48,672 bases of DNA from Bdellovibrionota bacterium (GTDB lineage Bacteria; Bdellovibrionota_C; UBA2361; CAKMMH01). The notes below the pieces were generated by a model. It saw only the letters and a program-made list of their open reading frames with translations, ran no database searches and was not told where the DNA came from. Of the stretch, positions 10,085 through 20,778 are shown piece after piece. The position numbers were made by a program, and so were the translations under genes. The number at the start of each line of letters is the position of its first letter. The first letter of the stretch is position 1. The stretch lies in assembly GCA_050952645.1 (NCBI GenBank), contig JBMNLI010000002.1, positions 1-48,672 on the forward strand, written 5' to 3'.

Positions 10085-10420
10085 TAAAAAAAATATAAAA
10101 ACTAAAAATAAAAAATAAAAAACAAAAACAACAAAAACAAAAAAGTCTAGTGTTTTTCAAAACTTCTTAAAAGTATAATATATAAATATAGTTTCGACAA
10201 TTTTTAATTTTAACTTTATAGTTATGAGGCTTTTATTTTTTTTCTTTTTAATTAAGCGGATTGTCAAATTAATTATTAAATTAATTCTCAAATTATCTTT
10301 AAAATTTCTTTAAAAATTAGTGAAAATTTCACACAAAAAATTAGTAAAAGATAATAAAAAAATATATTAAAAAACTAGCCATTTTGCTTAAATTCTTTAG
10401 GTTAAAAATCATTTGTTTCC

Positions 10421-10449
10421 TTGCTAATTTTAGCTTGAAAGTATATAAT
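10421..10449 (+). promoter_or_regulatory. Putative sigma70 promoter of gyrA
   Basis: TTGCTA-17 nt-TATAAT, 47 nt upstream of the ATG. Confidence 0.55.
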
Positions 10450-10496
10450 TTAAAGTATCGTTTTTAAAGAATTAAATAGATATTTATAGGTAGAAA

Positions 10497-13190
10497 ATGG
10501 ATCAAGAAGTAAATGTAAATAGGGTAACTCCAGTTAATATAGAATCGGAAATGAAGCAATCCTACATGGATTATGCAATGAGCGTTATAGTAGGGCGTGC
10601 ACTCCCTGAGGCAAGGGATGGGTTAAAGCCAGTTCATCGCCGTGTGCTTTATGCCATGTATAAAGAAGGCTATTTTTATAATAGAAAAACCGTTAAATGC
10701 GCAGGTGTAGTAGGAGAGGTTTTAAAAACATTGCACCCTCACGGCGATTCGTCTGTATATGATGCCTTAGTTAGGCTTGCGCAGTCTTGGTCGCTTCGAT
10801 ACCCCCTTATCGATGGACAAGGAAATTTCGGCTCGATAGATGGAGACCCAGCTGCAGCGTATCGTTATACGGAATGCCGCATGATGAAAATTGCAGATTA
10901 CCTGCTTCAAGATATCGATAAAAACACAGTTCCTTTAGTTCCTAACTTTGATGGCACTAGCGTCGAACCACTAGTTCTTCCTACTAGAATTCCAAACTTG
11001 CTTGCTAATGGTGCCGATGGTATCGCAGTAGGTATGGCTACTCATATTCCGCCACACAATATTGGCGAGCTTGTAGATGGCGCTATCGCTCTTATTAAAA
11101 AGCCTAATATGAAAACATTAGAGCTTATGGAATATATTAAAGGCCCAGATTTTCCAACTGGTGGGCTTATCTACGGCAAAAAAGGGATAATAAACGTTTA
11201 TAAAACTGGGCGTGGCATTATCCAAATGAGAGCTAAAATTAAAACTGAAATCATTAAAACTAAAACTAGAGAAGTCACTGCTCTAGTAGCAACGGAAATT
11301 CCTTACCAAGTTAATAAAGCAAGATTGGTAGAAAAAATTGCGGAACTTATAAGTAATAAAACTATAGATGGAATTTCAAAACTTAGAGATGAGTCCGATA
11401 GAAGCGGTTTAAGAATAGTTATGGAGCTTAAAAAAGATGCTACTAAAGAGGTGGTGTTAAGCCAGCTCTATAAATTAACTCCTTTACAATCTAGCTATGG
11501 CGTAATCAATTTAGCGATAGTTTCAGGACGTCCTAAAGTTTGTTCGCTAAATAAACTTTTAACTAGTTTTATCGATCATAGGCGTGATGTAGTTACTAGA
11601 AGAACTGAATTTGAACTAGGTAAAGCAAAAGAAAGAATGCATATCTTAGAGGGTTTTAAGATGGCGCTTATAAATTTAGATGATGTTATAGCGTTAATTA
11701 GAAAGGCCGAAACTCCTAGTGATGCTAAAAAAGGTTTAATAGAAAAGTATGAGTTAAGCTCAGTGCAGGCACAAGCCATCTTAGACTTAAGATTACAAAA
11801 ATTAACCAGCATGGAAAGGCTTGCAATCGAAAAAGAACACGATGAGTTAAAAGCAGAAATGGAAAGACTACTAGCGCTTCTTTCAGATAATGCAAAGATT
11901 GACGCTTTAATTATTACAGAGTTAGAAGAGGTAAAAGAAGTTTTTGCCGACCCTAGGCGTTCTATTTTAGTCGATGAGGTTGAGGATATAGATATTGAAG
12001 ATTTAATAGAAGATGAAAACGTAGTAATAACTGTAAGTCAGCAAGGCTATGTTAAACGTATGTCCGCTTCGCTTTATAAACAACAAAAACGAGGCGGAAA
12101 GGGCATAATAGGCGCATCGGATAAGGAAGATGATGTCATTACAACCATGTTTAGCGCTTCAGCTAGGCAAGATTTATTAGTATTTACCTCTTTAGGCCGT
12201 GTGTATGCTATGAAAGCTTATGAAATCCCCGAGGCTTCAAGAACGGCAAGAGGAAGGGCGTTAGTTAACTTATTATCGCTTATGGAAAATGAAACTGTAA
12301 AAGCCGTTTTGCCAGTAAAAGAGTTTAGGGAAGATAGATATTTAGTAATGGCGACTAAGAGTGGCATAGTTAAGAAAATGGATTTAATGAGTCTTTCTAA
12401 AATTAGAAAAAGCGGAATTATTGCTTGCACATTAAAAGACGGCGATGAGCTGATAGAGGTGAAAGTAGTTCATGATAATGATGATATCTTACTTACTACC
12501 TCTAAAGGTATGGCGATAAAATTTCCTGAAAGCGATTTGCGTTCTATAGGAAGAACCTCTATGGGAGTAAAAGGGATAAACTTATCAAAAGGCGATTTCG
12601 TAGTAGGCATGGTAGTTATATCGACTGATGATAGCGTTTTAGATGATGGTGATGATGAAGAAGTTTTAGATAGGGTAAGTAAAGACGATACTCTTTTAAC
12701 TGTATGTGAAAACGGTTATGGTAAAAGAACGAAATTCGAGGAATATAGAGCACAATCGAGAGCAGGTAAAGGGTTAATCGATATTCAAACTTGCGAAAGA
12801 AATGGCGATGTCGTTGGCTCTATGGCCGTTAAAGAAGAGCATGATTTTATACTTATTACATCTAGTGGAAAAATGATAAGAAGCTCTGTGTCTGATATTT
12901 CAATTATCGGAAGAAACACTAAGGGAGTTTGTCTAATGAATTTAGAGGATGGTGAAAAAGTGCTAGCTTGCACGCGTCTACCTGAAGCAGATGATGAAAA
13001 TAATGGTGAAAATAATGGTGAAGATAATTATAAAGATAATGATGAAGAAAATAATATAGAAAACTCTAATAGTGATTTTGAAGATTTTCAAGATATAAGC
13101 GAAGGTAATGATAATAATAATAATGATGATGATAATAATGATGATGAGAATAACGACGATAGCAATAATAACGACAATAATAAAATTTAA
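10497..13190 (+). CDS. gyrA: DNA gyrase subunit A with a long Asn/Asp-rich tail
   Basis: Motifs RDGLKPVHRR, HPHGDS and AAAYRYTE, the GyrA-box QKRGGKG, and beta-pinwheel repeats. Confidence 0.97.
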   Translation: MDQEVNVNRVTPVNIESEMKQSYMDYAMSVIVGRALPEARDGLKPVHRRVLYAMYKEGYFYNRKTVKCAGVVGEVLKTLHPHGDSSVYDALVRLAQSWSLRYPLIDGQGNFGSIDGDPAAAYRYTECRMMKIADYLLQDIDKNTVPLVPNFDGTSVEPLVLPTRIPNLLANGADGIAVGMATHIPPHNIGELVDGAIALIKKPNMKTLELMEYIKGPDFPTGGLIYGKKGIINVYKTGRGIIQMRAKIKTEIIKTKTREVTALVATEIPYQVNKARLVEKIAELISNKTIDGISKLRDESDRSGLRIVMELKKDATKEVVLSQLYKLTPLQSSYGVINLAIVSGRPKVCSLNKLLTSFIDHRRDVVTRRTEFELGKAKERMHILEGFKMALINLDDVIALIRKAETPSDAKKGLIEKYELSSVQAQAILDLRLQKLTSMERLAIEKEHDELKAEMERLLALLSDNAKIDALIITELEEVKEVFADPRRSILVDEVEDIDIEDLIEDENVVITVSQQGYVKRMSASLYKQQKRGGKGIIGASDKEDDVITTMFSASARQDLLVFTSLGRVYAMKAYEIPEASRTARGRALVNLLSLMENETVKAVLPVKEFREDRYLVMATKSGIVKKMDLMSLSKIRKSGIIACTLKDGDELIEVKVVHDNDDILLTTSKGMAIKFPESDLRSIGRTSMGVKGINLSKGDFVVGMVVISTDDSVLDDGDDEEVLDRVSKDDTLLTVCENGYGKRTKFEEYRAQSRAGKGLIDIQTCERNGDVVGSMAVKEEHDFILITSSGKMIRSSVSDISIIGRNTKGVCLMNLEDGEKVLACTRLPEADDENNGENNGEDNYKDNDEENNIENSNSDFEDFQDISEGNDNNNNDDDNNDDENNDDSNNNDNNKI

Positions 13191-13214
13191 CAAACGACTT
13201 TATAGGGATTTGCT

Positions 13215-14204
13215 ATGTTAAAAGTAGGAGTTGTAGGGCTTGGAAATTGGGGAACGGCTTTAGCTAATCATTTAGCTAATAAAGGTTATGATGTTTTAGG
13301 CTGGGCTACTAATAAAGAGGTAGTAAAAAGTATAAATATAGATAATAAAAATTTATCTTATCAAAAGGATGTGTCTCTTTGTGAAAATTTAAAAGCTACT
13401 AATAATATAGATGATTTAAAAAACTCTAAAATTCTTCTTTTAGCCGTTCCATCTGCTTCACTTGCAGAGGTAGCGGCGAAGCTTCCTATAAATGATAATA
13501 TGATTATCGTTAGTGCGATTAAAGGTTTAGAAAAAGAAACGCTTAAAACTCCTATTGCTTACATAATGTCTAAATTAAATATCGATAAAGATAATGTGGC
13601 AGTTTTATCGGGGCCTAGTTTTGCCAATGATGTAATTAGGTTTAGACCTTGTGGGGTAGTTTCTGCAAGTTTTTCTGAAGATACTGCAAAAAATGTTGCC
13701 AATATTTTTACTAGCGATTCTATGAGAGTGTATTTTTCAGTTGATCCTATTGGGGTTGAAATAGGAGCGGTTGTGAAAAATGTTATAGCGCTAGCAGCTG
13801 GTGTTTGCGATGGCATGGAGCTTGGCGAGTCTGCAAAAGCAGTTCTTATCACTAGAGGGCTTTCGGAGATGACTAGGCTAGGAGTGGCAGTTGGTGGAAG
13901 TGAAAAAACTCTATTTGGACTTTCAGGGATAGGCGATTTAATTTTAACTGCTACTTGCGACACTAGTAGAAATAGAACCGTTGGGCTAAGACTTGGAAAA
14001 GGAGAAAAGTTAAAAGATATTGTAGCTTCTTTAGGCTCCGTTGCTGAAAGTGTCTCAACTACACCTTTAGTTTTAAGCCTTGCAAAAAAATATAATGTTT
14101 CAATGCCAATTACTGAGGAGGTTAATAAACTTTTAAATGATAAAGTTAAACCTATCGATTTAGTAAAAAACCTTATGGATAGACCGCTAAAGTTTGAGTA
14201 TTAA
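13215..14204 (+). CDS. gpsA: NAD(P)H-dependent glycerol-3-phosphate dehydrogenase
   Basis: Motifs GLGNWGTALA, LSGPSFA, KNVIALAAG and GDLILTA...SRN. Confidence 0.95.
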   Translation: MLKVGVVGLGNWGTALANHLANKGYDVLGWATNKEVVKSINIDNKNLSYQKDVSLCENLKATNNIDDLKNSKILLLAVPSASLAEVAAKLPINDNMIIVSAIKGLEKETLKTPIAYIMSKLNIDKDNVAVLSGPSFANDVIRFRPCGVVSASFSEDTAKNVANIFTSDSMRVYFSVDPIGVEIGAVVKNVIALAAGVCDGMELGESAKAVLITRGLSEMTRLGVAVGGSEKTLFGLSGIGDLILTATCDTSRNRTVGLRLGKGEKLKDIVASLGSVAESVSTTPLVLSLAKKYNVSMPITEEVNKLLNDKVKPIDLVKNLMDRPLKFEY

Positions 14205-14256
14205 AAAAATATTTTTTACGCTATTTACATTTTTATCTACTTTCAACTACTTTTAT

Positions 14257-15018
14257 TTAAGCATCAAAATTTTCTTTCGTGTAAGCTATAGTATTAATGC
14301 AGTTTATAAAAGGCAGTGCCCAAATTAGAGGGATAATAAGTATTCCAGAAAATTGAATAATGGTGTTTATTATGGCTAAAGCGAGATAAAGAAAAAAATG
14401 TTTAAAGACTACTTTAGTGCAAGTTATAAATTTTCTTAAAACATTTTTAGTCCCTTTAATATCTTTTAATATAATTTCGACTAATGTAAATATGAAAATA
14501 TATCCTAAAATTGAAGTAGTGGTATATGCTAAAAGATTAGCGAGACTAAAATAAGAATATTCTAAAATGATTAATAAATTTACTATTGACATTATAACGT
14601 AGGTTGGCGTGTAAAAAAGAAAAAATATTAAAGAACGAGGAATATATTTTTTAATTTCTTTTAGTAGCTTGCTGTAATTAGCATCGTTAGTTTTTATAAC
14701 TTCCATGTTTCTAATTAAAATAAAGGATGAAAAAATTATAAATGGTAAAGTAAGAAATAAATTAGATATTGCATTTAAATTATTTATACTAAGCTTAATT
14801 CTAAATGCGTAAAAAATGCCGTATACGCTAATGCTTACTATTATAGAAAAGCTAAGACATATAATAAAAGCCTTAAGTGAAGTTTTCCAAATACCAGATT
14901 TTACGCCTTTAGTTTGTGTTAGTTTCCAAGCTTCAGATAACGTGTTTAGTAAAGATATAGAGCTGCTATTATTATTTTCTTTATTTAGTTTTTGATTATT
15001 TTCATATAAATTTGCCAT
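14257..15018 (-). CDS. Polytopic membrane protein, paralog of 15152-15973
   Basis: Several hydrophobic helices. Shares SEAWKLTQTKGVKSGIW and IIPLIW.LPF..AYTKENFD with its neighbour. Confidence 0.8.
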   Translation of the reverse strand: MANLYENNQKLNKENNNSSSISLLNTLSEAWKLTQTKGVKSGIWKTSLKAFIICLSFSIIVSISVYGIFYAFRIKLSINNLNAISNLFLTLPFIIFSSFILIRNMEVIKTNDANYSKLLKEIKKYIPRSLIFFLFYTPTYVIMSIVNLLIILEYSYFSLANLLAYTTTSILGYIFIFTLVEIILKDIKGTKNVLRKFITCTKVVFKHFFLYLALAIINTIIQFSGILIIPLIWALPFINCINTIAYTKENFDA

Positions 15019-15151
15019 AGTTTTTCCTCTCTTATTTTTTTAAAAGTTTTTCTTAAAATCACAATTTAAACACCTATTAAAGAGTATTCGTAAATAATAA
15101 AAAAAATGTTCGGGAAAGGAGAGGGAGAAGAGAGATAAAAATTTTTTTAAT

Positions 15152-15973
15152 TTACTTATCGAAATTCTCTTTAGTATACAATACTGCAAAAACGCAAGCA
15201 GAAAATGGAATAAGCCAGATAAGTGGTATAATAAATATAGCTAAAAGGCTCGTTATTAGTCCTACGGTTGTAGTTAAAAATAAGTAGCTAAAAGGCCTAG
15301 ATAATATAGTTTTTGTGCAAACTACTAATTTATTAACAGCACCATTAAAATCACCAATATCATTTAGTAAAATATTAGTTAATGTAAAAGCCAATATATA
15401 AGTTACGATAGGCCCTAAGATCATACCTAGTAAAACCATCGATGCAGCTAATATTAAAAGAATTGATGGATTAGTTAGATGAGGCAAAAAAATAAGAGAT
15501 AAACAAGATTTCAATAATTCTAATATTATTATACATAAGATTAACAGCACAAAAAACATTTTAGCAGTTATTAAATACGATTTAAGTTCGCCAAGTAAAT
15601 TAGTATAATCTGCATTATTCGTCTTTATTACATCGATGGTTTTAATTATAACAAAAGCACCGATAAGCATATATACTATAACAAACGATGTGTTGACTAT
15701 AAGTCCCCATATTCCGCCCGATGCAGTTTCTAAAGATTTTATTGATGACGCTATATTATCTGTAGGAGCAAAAAAACTAGTTAGTAAGAAAAATATTAAA
15801 GCCATTATTAAATATATAAGTATACATTTTATTGCTGTGCCCCATATGCCAGATTTTACACCTCTAGTTTTAGTTAGCTCCCAGCTCTCAGATATCACCT
15901 CTCTTATACTCCATTTAGTTTTATTATTAACTCTTGCTAGTGCTTCCTTATTATATTCATTTGAAAATACCAT
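15152..15973 (-). CDS. Polytopic membrane protein, paralog of 14257-15018
   Basis: SESWELTKTRGVKSGIW...LYTKENFDK. The start at 15973 follows an AAAGGGA SD. Confidence 0.8.
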   Translation of the reverse strand: MVFSNEYNKEALARVNNKTKWSIREVISESWELTKTRGVKSGIWGTAIKCILIYLIMALIFFLLTSFFAPTDNIASSIKSLETASGGIWGLIVNTSFVIVYMLIGAFVIIKTIDVIKTNNADYTNLLGELKSYLITAKMFFVLLILCIIILELLKSCLSLIFLPHLTNPSILLILAASMVLLGMILGPIVTYILAFTLTNILLNDIGDFNGAVNKLVVCTKTILSRPFSYLFLTTTVGLITSLLAIFIIPLIWLIPFSACVFAVLYTKENFDK

Positions 15974-16266
15974 AATCGTTATCCCTTTTATAAAATCTTT
16001 CAAAAACTTATAAAATTATTTAAGAAACTATTAAATTAAATTATTTAAGCTAAGCTACTAAACTAAATTACTAAAATATCCTATATATTTAATTAACTTA
16101 ATTTAAATATAGTAGAAATATCGTTATCTTTAAGTTAAATCTTTAAGTTATTTAAAATAACTTTCTTAAAAAAGTTTTTTCTAAATAATAAAAAGCGAGA
16201 ATGGAAAAAGAGAATGAGAAAATGTAGTAATTTTAACTGTTTATGTTTTTTTACACTTTAAAATAC

Positions 16267-16295
16267 TTGCATATTGTTTAAAAATATTTTAAACT
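16267..16295 (+). promoter_or_regulatory. Putative sigma70 promoter of rpoZ
   Basis: TTGCAT-17 nt-TAAACT. Confidence 0.45.
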
Positions 16296-16346
16296 CTAAA
16301 CTTATGTATGTTCTTAAAATAATCTTAAAATAAAAGGAAAAAATAT

Positions 16347-16751
16347 ATGGCTAGAGTTACGATTGAAGATTGCTTAGATAAAGAACAAAATAGATTTCGT
16401 TTAGTTCACCTTGCTATAGCTAGAACAAAACAGCTTCTCTCTGGGTCAACTCCTCTATACGAATGCGATAATAAAAGCGTCGTTACTGCTTTAAGAGAAG
16501 TAGCAGCAGGGCTCGTTAGATTTAAAACTCCTGAGGAATGTGAAGCCGATAGACTAGTTGCAGAAAACAAGGCGACTGAAAGCAAGGTAGCAGAGTCTGA
16601 ACAAGAAAAAGCAAGAAAGGCTTTAGATAGTTTGTTTGAAGATTTTTCTCAAAATAATGCTAGCAATGATGAGGAAGAAGAGATAGGAGAAGATGAACTA
16701 CTTAGCGATGATGATTCTCAAGAAGACCTTTCTGATGATGAAAATTTTTAA
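16347..16751 (+). CDS. rpoZ: RNA polymerase omega subunit with acidic extension
   Basis: [10 protein letters not shown]...[14 protein letters not shown]...[14 protein letters not shown], upstream of the rel/spoT gene. Confidence 0.95.
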   Translation: MARVTIEDCLDKEQNRFRLVHLAIARTKQLLSGSTPLYECDNKSVVTALREVAAGLVRFKTPEECEADRLVAENKATESKVAESEQEKARKALDSLFEDFSQNNASNDEEEEIGEDELLSDDDSQEDLSDDENF

Positions 16752-17034
16752 GTTTTAAATTTAAAATCGCTTATATCGTTTTTTTAAATATCGTTTATTT
16801 AATCATCTATAAAATTTTATAATTTTCTATAATTTATAGTATAGTTTTATTTTATAGCATCTTAAAAAGCTTATCTTGCATCTAACTTAAGAAGTTCTTT
16901 ATAATAAAAATGTATTTTAAAAAATTTCATTTAACGGTTTCTTAAAATAAAAATATTAAATAATTTTCTTTATTAAAAAATCGTTTAAAATTGATGAAAT
17001 ATTTTTATAGGTTGTTTTTTTGCTTTTTAAGTTT

Positions 17035-19206
17035 ATGAGTTTTGAAGATTTAAAAAAAGCCATTTTAGAATATCACCCATCACCTAATCTTAAATTAGTT
17101 GAGAAAGCTTATAATTACGCTAAAGAAAAACATAAAGATCAAAAAAGAAAATCTGGAGAACCTTTTTTTATCCACTTAGAACACACTGTACTTTTAGTTT
17201 GTAAATTAAAACTAGATGAAGATACCATTTGTGCTGCACTTCTTCACGATATTATCGAAGACCAAGATGTAAGTAGAGAAGATCTCTTAGAAGAGTTTAA
17301 CGAGCAAATAGCCGATATAGTAGAGGGCGTAACGAAATTAGCAAAAACAAATTATAGCTCAAAAGAGGAAGTGCAAGCTGAAAGTTTTAGAAAAATGCTT
17401 ATCGCTATGGCAAAAGATATTAGAGTTATCTTAGTAAAACTTTGCGATAGGCTTCACAATATGCGCACTCTAGAGTTTCAAAGCGAAGAGGCGCAGTATA
17501 GGATTTCAAGAGAGACTAAAGATATATACGTTCCCCTTGCTAATAGGCTAGGTATATTTTGGCTTAAATCTGAGCTAGACGATTTATGCTTGCTATATTT
17601 AAGACCTAATTTATATTATGAAATTGAAAAAGGTTTAGCTTCAAAGCAAATAGAGCGGGATAAGTATATAGAAAATACTTGTAATGAAATAAGAAAAATT
17701 TTAAATGAAAATAACATAGAAGCGAGAATAAAAGGGCGAGTAAAAAACAAAGCTTCTCTAGCTACTAAAATGGAAAGATTAAATATCACTTTTTCTCAAA
17801 TTCCAGATGTAATAGGTTTTAGAATCATAGTTTCTTCTATTAGAGAATGTTATGAAACGCTTGGAATTATTCACTCAAAATGGGCTCCTATCCCTGGGTG
17901 TGTAAAAGATTACATAGCCATGCCAAAGCCTAATATGTATCGCTCGCTTCATACATTAGTTATGGGACCCTTAGGACAAAAAATAGAGCTTCAAGTAAGA
18001 ACGGAAGAAATGGATAAAGTCGCTGAGGATGGCATTGCTGCGCATTGGAAATATAAGGAAGCAGACCATACGACAACGTTCGATCTCCAGTGGGTAAAAT
18101 CACTAGTAGAGACGCAACAATATTTAAAAAACCCCGATGAGTTTATACAATCTGTAAAAAGTGAGCTCTTCCCTGAAGAATTATTCGTTTTTACTCCTAA
18201 GGGAGATATAGTTAGGCTTCCTTTCGAGGCTACACCAGTCGATTTTGCTTACGCTATTCACACGGATGTAGGTAATACTATTATAGGGGCAAATGTAAAT
18301 GGTGGAATAGTTCCCCTAAGCCATAAATTACAAAATGGCGATGTAGTAGAGGTGCAATGTGCTAAAAACCAAGTGCCAAATAGAGACTGGTTATTTTTTG
18401 TAAAATCTTCTAAGGCAAGGCAACGAATAAAAGTATTTTTAAGAGCTGAGGAAAGAGCTAGAGCGTTGATTATAGGGAATGATATCTTAAATAAAGAGCT
18501 TAGAAAGTATAATACTAATATCAATAAATTTAGTAAGTCTGGAAAACTTTTAGAGGTAGCTAAGCAAGTAGGTTTTAAATCTGAAGGAGAGCTATTTTAC
18601 CAATTAGGTTTTGGAAAGGCAAACTTAAATGATATCGTTTCAAAGCTAATTCCAGAAAATGAGTTAATAAAAGAAAAAGACAAGCAAAAGCAAAAGGAAC
18701 AAGAAAAAGAATCTGCAATAGGTAAATTTATTAAGAAAGCTACTAGTAGTGTTTCAAAGAAAAAAGTTGGAATAAAGGTAGGCACGCTCGATAATGTAGT
18801 AGTAAATTTTCCAAAATGTTGCGAACCACTCCCAGGGGATAAAATAGTAGGTTTTATAAGTAGAGGGCGTGGGGTAATCGTTCATAATGCTTTATGCCCA
18901 GAAGCATTAAGACAAGACCCAGAAAGGCGCATAGCAGTTTGTTGGAGCGATGATGAAAGCATAGCAAATAATGTTAAGTTAGTTATTTATAGCCAAGACA
19001 GAATGGGACTTTTAGGAGATTTAAGTAAGGTAATTTACGATAATAATGCTAATATAATAAATGCTTCTACTAATGTTGATGATTTTGCAAAAGCAAAAAC
19101 CGTCTTTACAATATGTATTAAAAACGCTAAACAGTTAGATAGGATTATTAAGTCTTTGCAAAAACTAGACGGCGTAACTAAGGTAGAGAGGGTATTTAAA
19201 GGATAA
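17035..19206 (+). CDS. spoT: Bifunctional (p)ppGpp synthetase/hydrolase (long RSH)
   Basis: HD domain (RKSGEPF, LLHDIIED, DRLHNMRTL), synthetase (KDYIAMPKPNMYRSLHT, ELQVRT), TGS (TPVDFAYAIHT), ZFD and ACT. ATG at 17035. Confidence 0.93.
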   Translation: MSFEDLKKAILEYHPSPNLKLVEKAYNYAKEKHKDQKRKSGEPFFIHLEHTVLLVCKLKLDEDTICAALLHDIIEDQDVSREDLLEEFNEQIADIVEGVTKLAKTNYSSKEEVQAESFRKMLIAMAKDIRVILVKLCDRLHNMRTLEFQSEEAQYRISRETKDIYVPLANRLGIFWLKSELDDLCLLYLRPNLYYEIEKGLASKQIERDKYIENTCNEIRKILNENNIEARIKGRVKNKASLATKMERLNITFSQIPDVIGFRIIVSSIRECYETLGIIHSKWAPIPGCVKDYIAMPKPNMYRSLHTLVMGPLGQKIELQVRTEEMDKVAEDGIAAHWKYKEADHTTTFDLQWVKSLVETQQYLKNPDEFIQSVKSELFPEELFVFTPKGDIVRLPFEATPVDFAYAIHTDVGNTIIGANVNGGIVPLSHKLQNGDVVEVQCAKNQVPNRDWLFFVKSSKARQRIKVFLRAEERARALIIGNDILNKELRKYNTNINKFSKSGKLLEVAKQVGFKSEGELFYQLGFGKANLNDIVSKLIPENELIKEKDKQKQKEQEKESAIGKFIKKATSSVSKKKVGIKVGTLDNVVVNFPKCCEPLPGDKIVGFISRGRGVIVHNALCPEALRQDPERRIAVCWSDDESIANNVKLVIYSQDRMGLLGDLSKVIYDNNANIINASTNVDDFAKAKTVFTICIKNAKQLDRIIKSLQKLDGVTKVERVFKG

Positions 19207-19617
19207 TAGAAAATAAGTAGAGGGTTTGCTACATTGTTTTTTTTATATCTTTGATTTAATATATCTATTTTTATTTGTTTTTATTTATTTATACTTATCG
19301 ATATGCTCTTTATCTTAAATTAAATTTTTTTTAATTAAAGAAGTTTTAACCTTAAAAAAACTTAAAAAGAAAAAACTTTAAAGAAAAAATTAAAAAAGAA
19401 AAATTAAAAAAGAAAAATTAAAAAAGAAAAATAAAGACGTAAAAAGAAAAGTGCGATAAAAAGTAGAGTTTTTTACGTTTTCTTGATATCCTTATTATTA
19501 GAGTTTTTTTATTAGTGTTTATATCGTTATTATATCGTTATTATATTGTAATTATATTGTTATTATATCGAAAGTAGTAAAATCAAAATGGTGAAATCAA
19601 AAATAGTATTATAAAAA

Positions 19618-20778
19618 ATGGTGAAATCAAAAATGAGTAAAATAAAATTTTTTAAAAAAAGTGTTCCGTCTTTTTCTTTCTTTCCTTCTCTTTCTTGTCC
19701 TTCTCTTTTTTCTTCTTCTTTTCTTTCTCTTTTTCTTTTCTTTATTTTGTTTTTCTTTCCGCAGAATAATTTATTTGCAAGCGATTTGAAAGCGCCTCGC
19801 TCCGATGAAGAGTTAAGAGTGATAAAGATATATAAAGCGTGTAAAGATTCTGTAGTGTTTATAAGCACTCTTACAATATCTCAAGACCCTTTCGATATGT
19901 TTATGGGTTCTCAAAGAAAACAAGGCTCAGGTTCAGGAGTGATTATAGATAGTAAAAAGGGGATAGTCTTAACTAATCTTCACGTTATTCAAAATGCTAG
20001 CGATCTTGTGATAACTATAAATGAAAAAGAAAAAACTAGGGCTAAACTTATCGGGGTAGATAGGGAGTACGATATAGCGGTGCTTCAAATGATAAAATAT
20101 CCAAGCACTATTAAGGCTATCTCACTTGGCGATTCGGGTTCTCTCGAGGTCGGGCAAAAAGTAATAGCTATCGGGAATCCTTTCGGTTTAAGTAAAACGC
20201 TAACTACTGGCGTTATCTCAAGCCTAAATAGAACTGTAAGAAATCCTACCGATTTTTTAATGAAAGGACTTATCCAAACTGATGCATCGATTAACCCAGG
20301 GAACTCTGGAGGTCCGTTAATCGACATGGCAGGAAGAATCATAGGTCTAAACACGGCAATTCTTAGCAACTCGGGCGATTCGGCAGGGATAGGCTTTGCA
20401 ATTCCAGCTAATTATTTAAAAAGGATACTACCTGAACTTATAAGCACTGGAAAAGTTTCTCGCCCCGACCTAGGGCTAGTGCTAGTAGATACGAGCCAAG
20501 GCGTGATGGTTCAAAGAGTGGAAAAGGGAAGTCCGCTTTATGGAAAGGTTTACCCTGCTGAAATGGAAATAAGTGGTAGATACACTAGAGGTTTAATAAG
20601 AGATTTTTCTAAAGCTGATTTAATATATTCGATGAACGATAAAAGAGTGTATAACAAAGAGCAAGTAGATGAGATCGTTGCTAAAGCTGGTACTAAAGAA
20701 GAGATAAAGATCGTTTTTAAAAGAGGTTCTATATATAGTGAAGATCGCACTGTAGTAGTTAAGGCAATATTAAGATGA
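19618..20778 (+). CDS. HtrA/DegP-like S1C serine protease with a PDZ-like domain
   Basis: Catalytic triad motifs TNLHVI, DIAVL and IQTDASINPGNSGGPL. The start is ambiguous because of a 30-bp-period duplication at ~19587-19634. Confidence 0.92.
   Translation: MVKSKMSKIKFFKKSVPSFSFFPSLSCPSLFSSSFLSLFLFFILFFFPQNNLFASDLKAPRSDEELRVIKIYKACKDSVVFISTLTISQDPFDMFMGSQRKQGSGSGVIIDSKKGIVLTNLHVIQNASDLVITINEKEKTRAKLIGVDREYDIAVLQMIKYPSTIKAISLGDSGSLEVGQKVIAIGNPFGLSKTLTTGVISSLNRTVRNPTDFLMKGLIQTDASINPGNSGGPLIDMAGRIIGLNTAILSNSGDSAGIGFAIPANYLKRILPELISTGKVSRPDLGLVLVDTSQGVMVQRVEKGSPLYGKVYPAEMEISGRYTRGLIRDFSKADLIYSMNDKRVYNKEQVDEIVAKAGTKEEIKIVFKRGSIYSEDRTVVVKAILR

Noticed and set aside
11576..13963. Short antisense ORFs within gyrA and gpsA (likewise in spoT, htrA-like, mutL, ychF, M16, lon and SPFH genes)
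   Set aside because: They overlap conserved genes on the opposite strand and have no RBS or motif.
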